Of a stretch of 64,000 bases of DNA, positions 8,940-19,190 are shown in pieces (the stretch's first letter is position 1; each line of letters begins with the position of its first letter). The notes under the pieces are model-generated. The model saw only the letters and a program-made list of their open reading frames with translations. It did not search any database and was not told the origin of the DNA. The position numbers and the translations under genes are program-made. Where the stretch lies: NCBI GenBank assembly GCA_003487265.1, contig DNEP01000001.1, positions 24,572-88,571 on the forward strand, read 5' to 3'. This DNA comes from Minisyncoccota bacterium. GTDB taxonomy: Bacteria > Patescibacteriota > Microgenomatia > UBA1400 > UBA12028.

Positions 8940-10889
8940 ATGACAAACTCAGGCTTGTTATCGTTTTCCTCATCAATTCAGGATGTTCCTGGAGTTGGAG
9001 AAAAAACGGCGAACACGCTGGAAAAACTCGAGATCATTTCTGTTCAAGATTTGCTCTATCACATTCCATTTCGATATGAAGACTTTCGGGAGCAGAAGGC
9101 GATTGGGGCGGTGGAGGTCGGCGACAAGGTCACCGTTCGCGCGCAGGTACGAAGCATCACAAAGTTTTCCGCAAAAACGCGACACATCGAGATTATCCGC
9201 GCGGTGCTGGAAGATAGCTCGGGGAAAATCGAGGCGACATGGTTTAATCAGGCATATTTGCTTATGCAGTTGCGCAAAGGAAGTGAGGCGTTTTTTAGCG
9301 GAATGGTTGAGGAATTTCACGGAAAAAAGTCGCTGAATAATCCAGCAATTGAAAAGATAGAACACGAGGGGGTTGAGCAGCTTCACAGCGGTCGACTTGT
9401 GCCAATCTATCCTGAAACGCAGGGGATTACTTCACGCATGCTTCGCAAAATGATCGCGACAACATTTCCAAATATTAAGATCGTGGATTCTTTTTCTGAT
9501 CAGTTTTTACACGAGCATCACCTCCATTCATTGGCTGACAGCCTGAAATACCTTCACTTTCCAGATTCGCTCGACGACGTTTTTCGCTATCACAAACGTC
9601 TCGCGTTTGAAGAAGTGTTTGCGCTACTTCAACAATCGCAAGCAGAAAAACACAAGCGTTTATCAATGCGAGCAACGCCACTCAAGATGACGGTCCAGCA
9701 GCGACAACAATTCACCAACGCGCTCCCTTTTTCACTCACGCCAACTCAAACGCAAACCATCATGGATTGTGTGATGGATCTTTCGCAAACATATCCCGCA
9801 CAACGACTTATTCAAGGCGATGTTGGAGCGGGAAAAACAGTTGTCGCGGGATTCACGTTGTACACCTCTGCAATCAATCAACAAAAAGCGTTTTTGATTG
9901 CACCAACGCAAATTCTTGCACAACAACATGACAATTTTCTTACAAAAATCTTTTCTCTTTTGGGTATCAAAACACAACTTGTAATCGCGCAAACACAAAT
10001 CAATCTTGACGCTCAAATATATATCGGAACGCATGCGCTACTATCACAGATAGAAGCGCTACATCCAGCAGTAGTGGTTGTAGATGAAGAGCATCGATTT
10101 GGAGTGGAGCAACGCAACGCATTTGAAAAATCAAAACTAAAAACCAAGCCTCATGTTTTTACCATGACCGCAACACCAATTCCACGCACCGTAGCGCTCA
10201 CTTCGCTTTCACATCTCGACATCAGTACATTAGATATGATCGAATCAAAAAAACGAAAAGTGTTAACAAAACTCGTTTCAGAAAACAAACGAAAAAAAGC
10301 GTACGAATGGATCGATCAAAAATTAGCAGAAAATCAACAACTCATCGTGGTTTGTCCATTTATTTATGAATCAACACAACTTGATCGAATTGAGGTGAAA
10401 TCAGCCGAAAAAACATTTACTGAAATTTCGAAAGCGTTCCCAGATCGCAAAACCGCACTCATTCATGGAAAAGTTGCTCAGGATGAGCGAACAAAAATTC
10501 TGCAAGAAATGCATAACAAAAAAATCCAGATTCTCGTTGCAACCAGCATGATTGAGGTTGGCATTGATTTGCCCGATGCATCAATCATGATAATCGAAGG
10601 GGCGGAACGGTTCGGTCTTGCGCAGTTACATCAGTTGCGAGGTCGGGTGGGGAGAGCGGGTCAACAGGCGTACTGTTTTCTTTTCACCACAACCCCCGAG
10701 TTGCAATCCGATCGATTACAAAAGTTTTGCGAAATCACCGATGGAAATGAACTCGCGGAACTTGATTTACGATCTCGTGGATCCGGGGAAATTGTTGGCA
10801 CACGTCAACACGGGTGGAGTGGGATGCGGTTTGCATCGTTTTTCGATACTTCACTAATTGAGGAATGTAAAAACGCGCTTACTTCTTAG
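8940..10889 (+). CDS. recG: ATP-dependent DNA helicase RecG
   Basis: OB wedge domain, QGDVGAGKT, DEEHRFG, MTATPIPRT, QLHQLRGRVGR. Confidence 0.96.
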   Translation: MTNSGLLSFSSSIQDVPGVGEKTANTLEKLEIISVQDLLYHIPFRYEDFREQKAIGAVEVGDKVTVRAQVRSITKFSAKTRHIEIIRAVLEDSSGKIEATWFNQAYLLMQLRKGSEAFFSGMVEEFHGKKSLNNPAIEKIEHEGVEQLHSGRLVPIYPETQGITSRMLRKMIATTFPNIKIVDSFSDQFLHEHHLHSLADSLKYLHFPDSLDDVFRYHKRLAFEEVFALLQQSQAEKHKRLSMRATPLKMTVQQRQQFTNALPFSLTPTQTQTIMDCVMDLSQTYPAQRLIQGDVGAGKTVVAGFTLYTSAINQQKAFLIAPTQILAQQHDNFLTKIFSLLGIKTQLVIAQTQINLDAQIYIGTHALLSQIEALHPAVVVVDEEHRFGVEQRNAFEKSKLKTKPHVFTMTATPIPRTVALTSLSHLDISTLDMIESKKRKVLTKLVSENKRKKAYEWIDQKLAENQQLIVVCPFIYESTQLDRIEVKSAEKTFTEISKAFPDRKTALIHGKVAQDERTKILQEMHNKKIQILVATSMIEVGIDLPDASIMIIEGAERFGLAQLHQLRGRVGRAGQQAYCFLFTTTPELQSDRLQKFCEITDGNELAELDLRSRGSGEIVGTRQHGWSGMRFASFFDTSLIEECKNALTS

Positions 10890-11853
10890 ATTTTCCCGCA
10901 ACTCGGGCGGCGATCAAGGTAGTAAGCGGTACCGCGGTAATCAAGCCAATGCTGCCAACAAGCGTACGCACGACTTCCTCCGCAATCAACTCGCTGTTGA
11001 GCATGAACCACCACGGTTGACCACTGTTTACAAACAACATTACAAGGGGAAGTGCCACACCCGTATACGCAAGAACAAGCGTGTTCACCATCGACGCAAT
11101 GTGATCGCGACCAACTTCCATCGCGTGATGAAATAATTGTTTCGGGGTCATGGTAGGTTTTGCCTCTTTCAACTCAAAAACAATTGCGGATTGTGAAATG
11201 GTAATGTCGTCTAAAACACCGAGCATACCAATCATGATTCCAGCAAGAAGTAATCCTTGAAAATTGATGCGATCTCCATTTTCAACTAATAAAAATCCCG
11301 CTTCCTCCGATGAAAGTCCTGTTAATCGCGAAAGTTCTACCGCAAGCATCGCAAGTAAGCCTGAAAAAAACAATGAAATCACCGTTGCGATAAGTGCAAC
11401 ATTTGTTTTCTTTCCAAATCCATGCGAAAGGAAAAATGTCACAGGAACAATAATCACCGAGGTCGCTACTGTGATGAAAAGTGGCTCAACACCTTTGAGC
11501 AACATTGGAAGCAAGAAAAACCAAATGATCAAAAAGGAAACTGCCATTCCAATTAATGAAAACAGTCCGCGAAATCGTCCGATAATCAAGGTGCAGAGAA
11601 AAAACGCCAGTCCTAGCCACCCAAGCGCGGGGACGCGGTACACATCGGTAATGAGGAAACGATCACCTTGATCGGATGGTTGTTTGGTTACAATGTAGGT
11701 TTGACCAAGTTCGAAGCGAGAGGTCTGTTTGTCATCAATCGCGTTCTCAGCCAACACAAAGCGCACCGCCCCCGCCTCGTCGATAATACGCACGCGAATT
11801 GCGCCGTTGGAATCAAGTGACTCGATCGTTGCGCGGTAGGACTGTTGGGACAT
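10879..11853 (-). CDS. YibE/F family membrane protein
   Basis: Multi-TM; GMLGVLDDITISQS, GRDHIASMVNTLVLAYTG, GSIGLITAVPLTT. Confidence 0.9.
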   Translation of the reverse strand: MSQQSYRATIESLDSNGAIRVRIIDEAGAVRFVLAENAIDDKQTSRFELGQTYIVTKQPSDQGDRFLITDVYRVPALGWLGLAFFLCTLIIGRFRGLFSLIGMAVSFLIIWFFLLPMLLKGVEPLFITVATSVIIVPVTFFLSHGFGKKTNVALIATVISLFFSGLLAMLAVELSRLTGLSSEEAGFLLVENGDRINFQGLLLAGIMIGMLGVLDDITISQSAIVFELKEAKPTMTPKQLFHHAMEVGRDHIASMVNTLVLAYTGVALPLVMLFVNSGQPWWFMLNSELIAEEVVRTLVGSIGLITAVPLTTLIAARVAGKSKK

Positions 11854-11952
11854 ACTCCTAGTATATCGGTTTGGAGGGGAAAGGGAAGGAAGGGGGAAGT
11901 ATCTTCAAACTTTTTATAAAATAAACTGTTATCTAAATGCTAAAATACCTGT

Positions 11953-13524
11953 ATGCCCGTCAATTCACAAGAACTTCGCAATGACAGCAATCTTGAGTGG
12001 ATGCGGTGGCGCGAATATTTTCATGACGGGTACAGTCGAGTTGAAGAGCTACTTCAATTTCTAGCATTTCTTGATGAGATTGAGGCTAAACCCTTTTCAA
12101 TCGTTGAGCTCAATAAACTGCGATACTTTAAAATCGCACTTGCTGAACCCGCTCTTCGCACGCGCGTTTCTGAATTGGTACATCAACTCATCTGTGAAGA
12201 AAAGTTTCCTCAATTACGTGAGATGCAAGCGTTTGTCCTTTTGCTTTCAAATTGGAACACACTTTCTCCCGAGCAACGCATTTTTCTTCAAAAAGAATAC
12301 ACCACTCCTATTGTGTATGACGATTTTACTGTCATTCCAAACTTGGGAATTCCCACAAGTTCAACTGGGTGGACCTGCGGCGAAATGGAAGAAAAGATGA
12401 TGAGTTCTCATCGACATGTATTGATAGGAAAAAGGCTTTCATTAAAACGAAGCGGGACGAAGGCAACGATCACAGATTCCATTATTGTCGCAAAAAATGG
12501 TGCAATTTTAATCCCATATATGTGGTACGGTCCCGATCAACACTTTCTAGAGCATCTCACACAATTACAACTTCCAAAAACCGTTAGTTACCTCGACAAA
12601 GCATCCGCTTTCCCGAAACTAGGATTGCAAGTCATGCGAAACAGTCCCATTACATTGAACGATGAGGGTTGGCATCCAACATCCAACATGAGAATGATCA
12701 ATCATTTTCGTAATCCTGAAACGGGACTATCAAAATTGCTCGATCGCGACGCAATTGAGAAAGCAGTGTTGAAAAATCCATCGCTTGGGCAACTTGTTAT
12801 TGACTCTTTTGTAACTAAACTCTGCAAACATCCTCTTTTAACTGAAGAAACGCTTCTTCATAGAAAAGTGGGAAGAGATTTTCTCGAAAAGACTCTATCT
12901 GAAAAAGGATTTTCTCCAGATCAATATATCGCAATTCCTGTGGGATCAACTCTTTGGACAACAAGTGAGCAGTCTGATCACGATTTTTTGATGATTTGGC
13001 TTACTGAAAGGATTCCATATGAACTCGAACTTCCAAAAACACCTCACATTGATTTCCAACAACAGACAACCTATATCGATCTATTGGAAAATGAATGGCA
13101 AATTGAACCATTCCTTCATCTTTTTTTAGTTCCCGATGAACTTCTCATTGGAAATATTCCGAGAGCAAGAAAGCTCCGAAAGATACTTCTCTCGATGATG
13201 GTTGTTCGCGAAAACGATGCGACTTGGGTCATCGAACCAAGTCAGTGGGATTTTTATATCAGCAATCGTGTAGAAAACATCAAATCTTGGGGAACATCTC
13301 ATGAAAAAAGAATCGAAAGATATCAGCAAGCTCTTAGAGCTCGCGCTGATCAATCAAGAAATCCAGACTATGTATCCGATTGGGAACATAAATTACGAAT
13401 GCTTCGCACGCCCACTTTGCGCACATTTCTTATGGCGATGACTTTTGGTGATGGATCGATCCATCTCCGTCCTCAGCGACTCGATATCATTCGACCACAG
13501 CGAGAAATCAATAATATCCCCTGA
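11953..13524 (+). CDS. Hypothetical protein with putative Pol-beta-type nucleotidyltransferase domain
   Basis: IPVGSTLWTTSEQSDHDFLMIW fits hG[S]x8-10DxD; TAAAAT 6 nt before ATG. Confidence 0.6.
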   Translation: MPVNSQELRNDSNLEWMRWREYFHDGYSRVEELLQFLAFLDEIEAKPFSIVELNKLRYFKIALAEPALRTRVSELVHQLICEEKFPQLREMQAFVLLLSNWNTLSPEQRIFLQKEYTTPIVYDDFTVIPNLGIPTSSTGWTCGEMEEKMMSSHRHVLIGKRLSLKRSGTKATITDSIIVAKNGAILIPYMWYGPDQHFLEHLTQLQLPKTVSYLDKASAFPKLGLQVMRNSPITLNDEGWHPTSNMRMINHFRNPETGLSKLLDRDAIEKAVLKNPSLGQLVIDSFVTKLCKHPLLTEETLLHRKVGRDFLEKTLSEKGFSPDQYIAIPVGSTLWTTSEQSDHDFLMIWLTERIPYELELPKTPHIDFQQQTTYIDLLENEWQIEPFLHLFLVPDELLIGNIPRARKLRKILLSMMVVRENDATWVIEPSQWDFYISNRVENIKSWGTSHEKRIERYQQALRARADQSRNPDYVSDWEHKLRMLRTPTLRTFLMAMTFGDGSIHLRPQRLDIIRPQREINNIP

Positions 13525-13570
13525 AGACCCTCTTGCCATCTTGCGGGATCTGGCATACAATACCTCAACT

Positions 13571-13771
13571 ATGGGACCACTTCCAAAACGAAGACACTCG
13601 AAATCTCGTGCGGGCAAGCGCCAAAGCCAGATTCGTCCACCAAAATTGACACTTGTTGTCTGTAAATCGTGTGGTGCGAAAAAGTTGCCTCACACAGAAT
13701 GCCCCGAATGCCACGCTTACGGCTCACCGGCAGCAATACGAGCTGAATCGGCAGCAAAAAAGACCGCATAA
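13571..13771 (+). CDS. rpmF: 50S ribosomal protein L32
   Basis: MGPLPKRRHSKSR...CKSCG...PHTECPEC; start reassigned to ATG 13571. Confidence 0.93.
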   Translation: MGPLPKRRHSKSRAGKRQSQIRPPKLTLVVCKSCGAKKLPHTECPECHAYGSPAAIRAESAAKKTA

Positions 13772-13778
13772 CGACATC

Positions 13779-14210
13779 ATGAACTTGCCTGCCAGTACCC
13801 CTCTCGACCCACGACACATCCGTCGGACCGCACTTGTAAAAGAGGCGTTTTGTCTAGGATTTTCTGGTGCAGATCGAAAAAATATTCGAAAAACAAAAAC
13901 GATTCGCCCCCTTTTAGATCGAGTAGAGGAGATTGACGCGCGCATTCAACTCAGCGCGCCGACATTCCCCCTTCATGAATTAAATAAAATTGACCTTGCA
14001 ATTCTTCGCGTGGGCGTGTATGAATTGATAGAGGGAAAGACTCCAGAGAAAGTTGTGATCAACGAGGCTGTTGAAATTGCGAAAGAATTTGGAGCCGAGA
14101 GTTCGTCGAAGTTTGTAAATGGCGTCCTCGCGGCAATTGCAAAGCAACAACATCAACAAACACCACAACACATCTCAGAAGCGTCTTCCACCCCTCAAAC
14201 AACGCTGTAA
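13779..14210 (+). CDS. nusB: Transcription antitermination factor NusB
   Basis: IDLAILRVGVYEL, VVINEAVEIAKEFG, FVNGVL. Confidence 0.93.
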   Translation: MNLPASTPLDPRHIRRTALVKEAFCLGFSGADRKNIRKTKTIRPLLDRVEEIDARIQLSAPTFPLHELNKIDLAILRVGVYELIEGKTPEKVVINEAVEIAKEFGAESSSKFVNGVLAAIAKQQHQQTPQHISEASSTPQTTL

Positions 14211-14228
14211 CTGCACGAAGGAACAAAT

Positions 14229-14492
14229 ATGGATCAAACCGCCCAGTCCATCTATAAACGTATTGCTGAAATTGTAAGCGAAGTCACGGGGTCAGAGCTT
14301 TCTGATGTCACCCCTTCGGCTGATCTGCATGAGGATCTTGGCATGTCGGAGATAGAGATCGCGATGCTTGTTTCTCATATTGAAGATGAGTTTGAGATAC
14401 TCCTCCCCAAACGTGAGGTAAAGCGCATGATGAACGTATTTGAACCAGTCCGCGTTGCGAATTTGGTGGAACTCGTGCTCGAAGAAGTATAG
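14229..14492 (+). CDS. Acyl-carrier-protein-like protein, degenerate at the phosphopantetheine site
   Basis: Small and acidic; VTPSADLHEDLG...IEDEFEI; sits in the acpP position before rnc. Confidence 0.75.
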   Translation: MDQTAQSIYKRIAEIVSEVTGSELSDVTPSADLHEDLGMSEIEIAMLVSHIEDEFEILLPKREVKRMMNVFEPVRVANLVELVLEEV

Positions 14493-14505
14493 AAAACGTA
14501 TACAT

Positions 14506-15216
14506 ATGACACCCACGCTCCCCGATATTCACTCACCATTGCTTCAAAATCAAGTGTGGATTCATCGATCAGCCTTAAATGAGACCGCAGAAGTTGAGGA
14601 ATCGAATGAACGACTTGAGTTTTTGGGCGACGCAGTGCTAGAACTCGCGTGTTCGCGCTACCTCTTCGAACAGTTTCCTCAAGAACCCGAAGGAATGCTC
14701 ACCGCATTACGATCTTCGCTGGTAAAAACCACAACACTCGCCGATATGGCACGAAAATTCGAGATGGGTCAACTCATTCACATGAGCAAAGGTGAGGAAA
14801 AAACGGGCGGAAGAGAAAATGCGTCCATCCTCGCGGATACGTTTGAGGCATTTCTTGGCGCGCTGTACCTCGATCAAGGTTTTGAGCCGGTCGATGCGTT
14901 TTTGCGTGACTGTTTATTTCCATTGGCCTCCGAGATTCGCGCACTTCGACTCGAAAAAGACGACAAGAGCATGCTTCAAGAGTATTTACAGGCCCGAAAA
15001 CTCCCGCTACCGGTCTACAAGGTGATACGAGAAGAGGGTATGGAACATCAAAAGACGTTTACGATGACGGTTGAGGTTGGAAAAGAGGTTTTTGCTCAAG
15101 AAACGGGAAGAAATAAGCAAGAAGCACAACAACGATGCGCGCGTAAAGCGCTCGAAAAACTCACACAACACGACACCCCATCCTTGCACCTCGATCAAAA
15201 AGAATCACTTGAGTAA
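14506..15216 (+). CDS. rnc: Ribonuclease III
   Basis: NERLEFLGDAVL, LADTFEAFLGALYLDQG, C-terminal dsRBD. Confidence 0.96.
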   Translation: MTPTLPDIHSPLLQNQVWIHRSALNETAEVEESNERLEFLGDAVLELACSRYLFEQFPQEPEGMLTALRSSLVKTTTLADMARKFEMGQLIHMSKGEEKTGGRENASILADTFEAFLGALYLDQGFEPVDAFLRDCLFPLASEIRALRLEKDDKSMLQEYLQARKLPLPVYKVIREEGMEHQKTFTMTVEVGKEVFAQETGRNKQEAQQRCARKALEKLTQHDTPSLHLDQKESLE

Positions 15217-15266
15217 CGAATCGAGGTGTGATACACTTGCTACTCAAACTTTGAAGGAGAAAACGT

Positions 15267-15509
15267 ATGGTTAAGCTAAAATTGGTTCGCACTGGTCGAA
15301 AACGCGTCTACACCTACCGTATTGTGGTGGCAGAGGCGAAAAGCAAGATAAACGGGAAATATATCGACCTCCTTGGACATTACAACCCATCTTCAACACC
15401 AAAAGAGATCGTTCTTGATCTTGTAAAGTACGACGCATGGGTAAAAAAAGGCGCTCAGCCAACGACAACGGTTGCAAGCCTCGCAAAAAGAATGGCAATC
15501 AAAAAATAA
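15267..15509 (+). CDS. rpsP: 30S ribosomal protein S16
   Basis: MVKLKLVRTGRK...YRIVV...LGHYNP...GAQPT; AAGGAG SD. Confidence 0.96.
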   Translation: MVKLKLVRTGRKRVYTYRIVVAEAKSKINGKYIDLLGHYNPSSTPKEIVLDLVKYDAWVKKGAQPTTTVASLAKRMAIKK

Positions 15510-15527
15510 AGGCTTCATTCAAAGACT

Positions 15528-15803
15528 ATGAAATCTCTTCTTGAATACATTGTGAATCACCTCGTTGATCATCCCGAAGATGTGATGATTGAGGAACGCG
15601 AAGCGGAAGGTGTAAAAACCTACATCATTCACGCACACGCCGAAGATCTCGGAAAAATCATTGGAAAACAGGGACATATCATTTTTGCCATTCGAACACT
15701 CGCAAAGGTTCGTGCAGTCAAAGAAGGTATTTTGGTTCGTGTTGAGGTTGCTGAATCAGCGCCTCTTGAGACATCCGAGGCCGTTGGTTCCGAAGCGATC
15801 TAA
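15528..15803 (+). CDS. khpA: KH-domain RNA-binding protein KhpA
   Basis: LVDHPEDV, DLGKIIGKQG, AIRT; follows rpsP. Confidence 0.9.
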   Translation: MKSLLEYIVNHLVDHPEDVMIEEREAEGVKTYIIHAHAEDLGKIIGKQGHIIFAIRTLAKVRAVKEGILVRVEVAESAPLETSEAVGSEAI

Positions 15804-15835
15804 TTTTTTTCGACACTATTTTTCTCGTTAAATTT

Positions 15836-16669
15836 TTATCTCTCAAACGGATTTTCTTTTCCCGCAGATTGTGATGCCTCAAGCGCCTGAAGAATCTCAT
15901 TCATATTCACGATTTCCTTCACCGATCGAAGCGTTTTTGCAAAATCGTTGAGTTCGGCACGCAATATTGGTAATGTGTCACCGGTTAACTCGGGAATTGT
16001 GTCCATATAAAATGCAGACACCGTGAGTTTTGAAAGAAAAACCTTTCCAGATTCCGAACTTTCTTTTTCGGTATTTACACCTTCGATTGTTTTTCCAATC
16101 GATGTTTTTGACGATTTTCCCGAGCCTAATTCAATCTTTTCAAGATCGAAAACAGGCGCGATTTTCTGCATTTCGCCGATGTATGTTTGCACTTGTTCTG
16201 CTGTTCCCATAAGTGTAATTTCAAGCGCGAGTTTTGAAACTTCCTCACGACGTTTTTGAGTATTGAGCGATGCTTCATCTGTTGATACCAATCCTGGGGA
16301 GACGGAGATTCCAACAAATCGAACTCCCGTTTGATCGGCGAGTTTTTGTAATGAGTACATACTAATGAGGAAAGGTTTCGACGATGGGAGAAGGGAGTGA
16401 ATCTGCGCGCGTAACTGTTGGTACTCTTCGGTATTAAATTGATCTAAAAATGCGATTCTCGATTGTAATGTGGAAAGATCAGACTGTTGTTTTTTAAGTT
16501 CAGATTGATACGAACGGAACAACTCGAAGCGGGGGAGCATCACTTTCCACACCAAAAGTCCCATCACCACCCAAGCCAATACCGAAAAAAGAAGATATCT
16601 GCGATCACGAAAATTGTTTGCTCGTAGTGCTGAAGTGGTTTTTGCTGAAGATGATGGAAGTATCGGCAT
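15836..16669 (-). CDS. Type IV pilus assembly protein PilO-like
   Basis: TM, coiled coil, then ferredoxin-like region; third gene after pilM; start reassigned to ATG 16669. Confidence 0.7.
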   Translation of the reverse strand: MPILPSSSAKTTSALRANNFRDRRYLLFSVLAWVVMGLLVWKVMLPRFELFRSYQSELKKQQSDLSTLQSRIAFLDQFNTEEYQQLRAQIHSLLPSSKPFLISMYSLQKLADQTGVRFVGISVSPGLVSTDEASLNTQKRREEVSKLALEITLMGTAEQVQTYIGEMQKIAPVFDLEKIELGSGKSSKTSIGKTIEGVNTEKESSESGKVFLSKLTVSAFYMDTIPELTGDTLPILRAELNDFAKTLRSVKEIVNMNEILQALEASQSAGKENPFER

Positions 16670-16670
16670 G

Positions 16671-17249
16671 TTATTTTCCTTTTTTCTCGGTTGGAACGGA
16701 GTAGGAGAGTTGACCAGTAATGGTGTACATTCCATCGCCTTTTCGCGAAAAATTCTGCATTGATACCGTGTATTTTTTCTTATCAATCGAGTCTGCGCGC
16801 AATGCGCGAAATGTTTCGATAAACGCAAAAACATCGTTTGCATTGATTACGTACGATAGTGATCGCGACTCGTTTTTCAGGGTGAGATCGGTAAGTACAC
16901 TGCCTTGTTTCACCAACGACTGGAGAAACCGCACCGCGTCTTGTTTTGCAACGCGCTCTTGGTTCATCGAAAAAAGATACGTGACTTTTTGCGCGTAAAT
17001 CACATAATCAAGTTGAATCGCTCTCTTCGATTGCAGTGTTTTTTTGGCCACCTCGATTTGTTTTTTGGCGTTCTCGATTTTATTTTGTAAATACCACGAT
17101 CCTCCCATAACACCGATTAAGAGAACCATAAACATTCCCAAGCCAACCGAGGTAAAAAATGAAATCTGCTTATCTCTGCGCAACTGTCTTTCAAGTTCGC
17201 GTTCGCGGTCACGTAAAAAATTGATGGAAGGAGTTACGGGCATATTCAT
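16671..17249 (-). CDS. Type IV pilus assembly protein PilN-like
   Basis: N-terminal INFL PilM-binding motif, TM, coiled coil. Confidence 0.75.
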   Translation of the reverse strand: MNMPVTPSINFLRDRERELERQLRRDKQISFFTSVGLGMFMVLLIGVMGGSWYLQNKIENAKKQIEVAKKTLQSKRAIQLDYVIYAQKVTYLFSMNQERVAKQDAVRFLQSLVKQGSVLTDLTLKNESRSLSYVINANDVFAFIETFRALRADSIDKKKYTVSMQNFSRKGDGMYTITGQLSYSVPTEKKGK

Positions 17250-18271
17250 AGAACACCCTCAAGCGCATAGCCAAAACTCACAACGTACGATGGAATATCC
17301 GCGGGAAGCACCTTGACTGTTGGCGCAAAAACCATTTGTGATGGAATGAAGGGAGCAATTTCAACTTGGAACTGCTCTGCGAGAATCGCCGAGATCGAGT
17401 TCATCGCCGATCCACCTCCTGCTACCAGTATCTTTTGCACAGTTGCACCCTTAAATGATCCAGAAAAATACTGCATCGCTTTTTGCATTTCGTTCATGAA
17501 CGGTTGAAAAATTGGCATCATTGCTTGTTTAATTTTCCCTTCGAGCTGCGTCTCATCCATGCCGTAGGTTCGTTTGTATTCCTCGGCTTGTGAAGCGGAA
17601 AGCCCCAAACCACGTTCAATGGCGCGACTGAGCACCGCACCACCGTTGGGATACGAATACGTGAACGCGAGTTCGTGGTTGTGCACCACAACCATATCGG
17701 TGGTGGTTGCGCCGATGTTCACGATCAGCGTGGTGGGGAGTGTGTGATCCAAGTTCGCGAGTCGAAAAATCGACATCGTCTGCGTGCCTAATGAGCGCAC
17801 ATCAAGACCAGCTTGATAAAATAAATCAACATAACTCGTGACAAATGTCTTTGAAACGCCAATCATGAGCACACGCATTTTTTGCGAGGGATCGTTTTTT
17901 GGTGGGCGATACAACACTTGATATTCCAACTGAAGATCGTCTGCGGGAATGGGAATGTACTGTTCTGCCTGCCATCCAACCGCCGAGGAAAGTTCTTGAT
18001 CGGAAAGATGGGGCATTTCTACGATTTTTGTTGAAACAAACGCCTCGGGAAGTCCAACATGCACTTCTCCAGAAGGAATAGTTTGATCCTTTATCATGTG
18101 CTTGAGAAGTTCGACAAATCGATCGCGGTCGGCTTGTTGCGATGGAATCACCAGTCCAAGCGGATTGGCGATCATTGATGCGCGCTCAACGATGAACGCA
18201 TTTTTTTGCTGTCGCAACGCAACCGTTTTTATCGAGTATGTTCCGACATCTAATCCAATATGTAATCCCAT
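17246..18271 (-). CDS. pilM: Type IV pilus assembly protein PilM
   Basis: Actin-like: IGLDVGTYSIK, WQAEQYIPIP, VNIGATTT, VAGGGS; AAAGGA SD before ATG 18271. Confidence 0.9.
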   Translation of the reverse strand: MGLHIGLDVGTYSIKTVALRQQKNAFIVERASMIANPLGLVIPSQQADRDRFVELLKHMIKDQTIPSGEVHVGLPEAFVSTKIVEMPHLSDQELSSAVGWQAEQYIPIPADDLQLEYQVLYRPPKNDPSQKMRVLMIGVSKTFVTSYVDLFYQAGLDVRSLGTQTMSIFRLANLDHTLPTTLIVNIGATTTDMVVVHNHELAFTYSYPNGGAVLSRAIERGLGLSASQAEEYKRTYGMDETQLEGKIKQAMMPIFQPFMNEMQKAMQYFSGSFKGATVQKILVAGGGSAMNSISAILAEQFQVEIAPFIPSQMVFAPTVKVLPADIPSYVVSFGYALEGVL

Positions 18272-18304
18272 GGGCAGTCCTTTACCTATCATCATAGCAA
18301 ACGT

Positions 18305-19168
18305 TTACGGTGTTGTCTTTACAATATCGGTCCCAGAAATCATAGAAAATTCAAGAAAAGAGAGGGGCATGGGGAGCGATCGAATCACTTGAATCGCTTT
18401 TTTTTCATCCCCGTCGGTGTTTTCCGCCTTCGCAACAACGCTCCATTGAACGGCATCCGATCCTAACGCCGTGCCGGAAACTCGAATGTTTGTATCGGAA
18501 GAAAGCGCACGAACAGAAAACACACGTTCTTCACTTGTCGATGAATTTCCTGGAGAAAATTCTAATCTGCGTGTAAAGGCGGAGTTTCCATCTGCGCTTA
18601 TATCTTCACCCGATGCTTCAAAACAGGTGGGATCGGACGGATCTTCGGGATCACAGTCTCTTCCGTTATAGGCTGCCGTTTTCGACCAATACGTATTCGA
18701 TGTCGCAGAATAAAAGTAGCGAGTAATCAACAATGATGCTTGTTGCGCACCACCTTCGGGTGGATTTTTCTGATTCCATTCGAGAACAAGCGTTCCCGCA
18801 CTATCCACAGGAACCGCCAGAGGAATCATTACCGACTCACCTTCGAGAAGTGAAAAATCGAGTTTTTCGAGTTGTGGAGTAATCGCGTACTCTCCGTATC
18901 CATCCACACTTCCCGAAACCGCGTCGTTTGAAAATGAATCCGCCTGAGACAGCGCCTCTTCCAGCACGGTCTCTGCCGATTGAAAGGTTGAGGAACTGTT
19001 CTGTTCCTGACGTGAAAGTGCAATATCTTGCACCGATCGATTCGCAACCGACACGCCCACCCCTAATACAACCGCCATCACAAGCATCGCGATAAGCGCG
19101 ACTTGCCCCGACTGTTTTGCGTATTGCCGTTCGGTATACAAATGAAAATCTGGAAAAAAATGTTTCAT
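18305..19168 (-). CDS. PilX-like minor pilin
   Basis: SGQVALIAMLVM prepilin site lacking Glu5; FQSAE motif. Confidence 0.75.
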   Translation of the reverse strand: MKHFFPDFHLYTERQYAKQSGQVALIAMLVMAVVLGVGVSVANRSVQDIALSRQEQNSSSTFQSAETVLEEALSQADSFSNDAVSGSVDGYGEYAITPQLEKLDFSLLEGESVMIPLAVPVDSAGTLVLEWNQKNPPEGGAQQASLLITRYFYSATSNTYWSKTAAYNGRDCDPEDPSDPTCFEASGEDISADGNSAFTRRLEFSPGNSSTSEERVFSVRALSSDTNIRVSGTALGSDAVQWSVVAKAENTDGDEKKAIQVIRSLPMPLSFLEFSMISGTDIVKTTP

Positions 19169-19190
19169 ATGTTCATTGTACGCAATGTTC

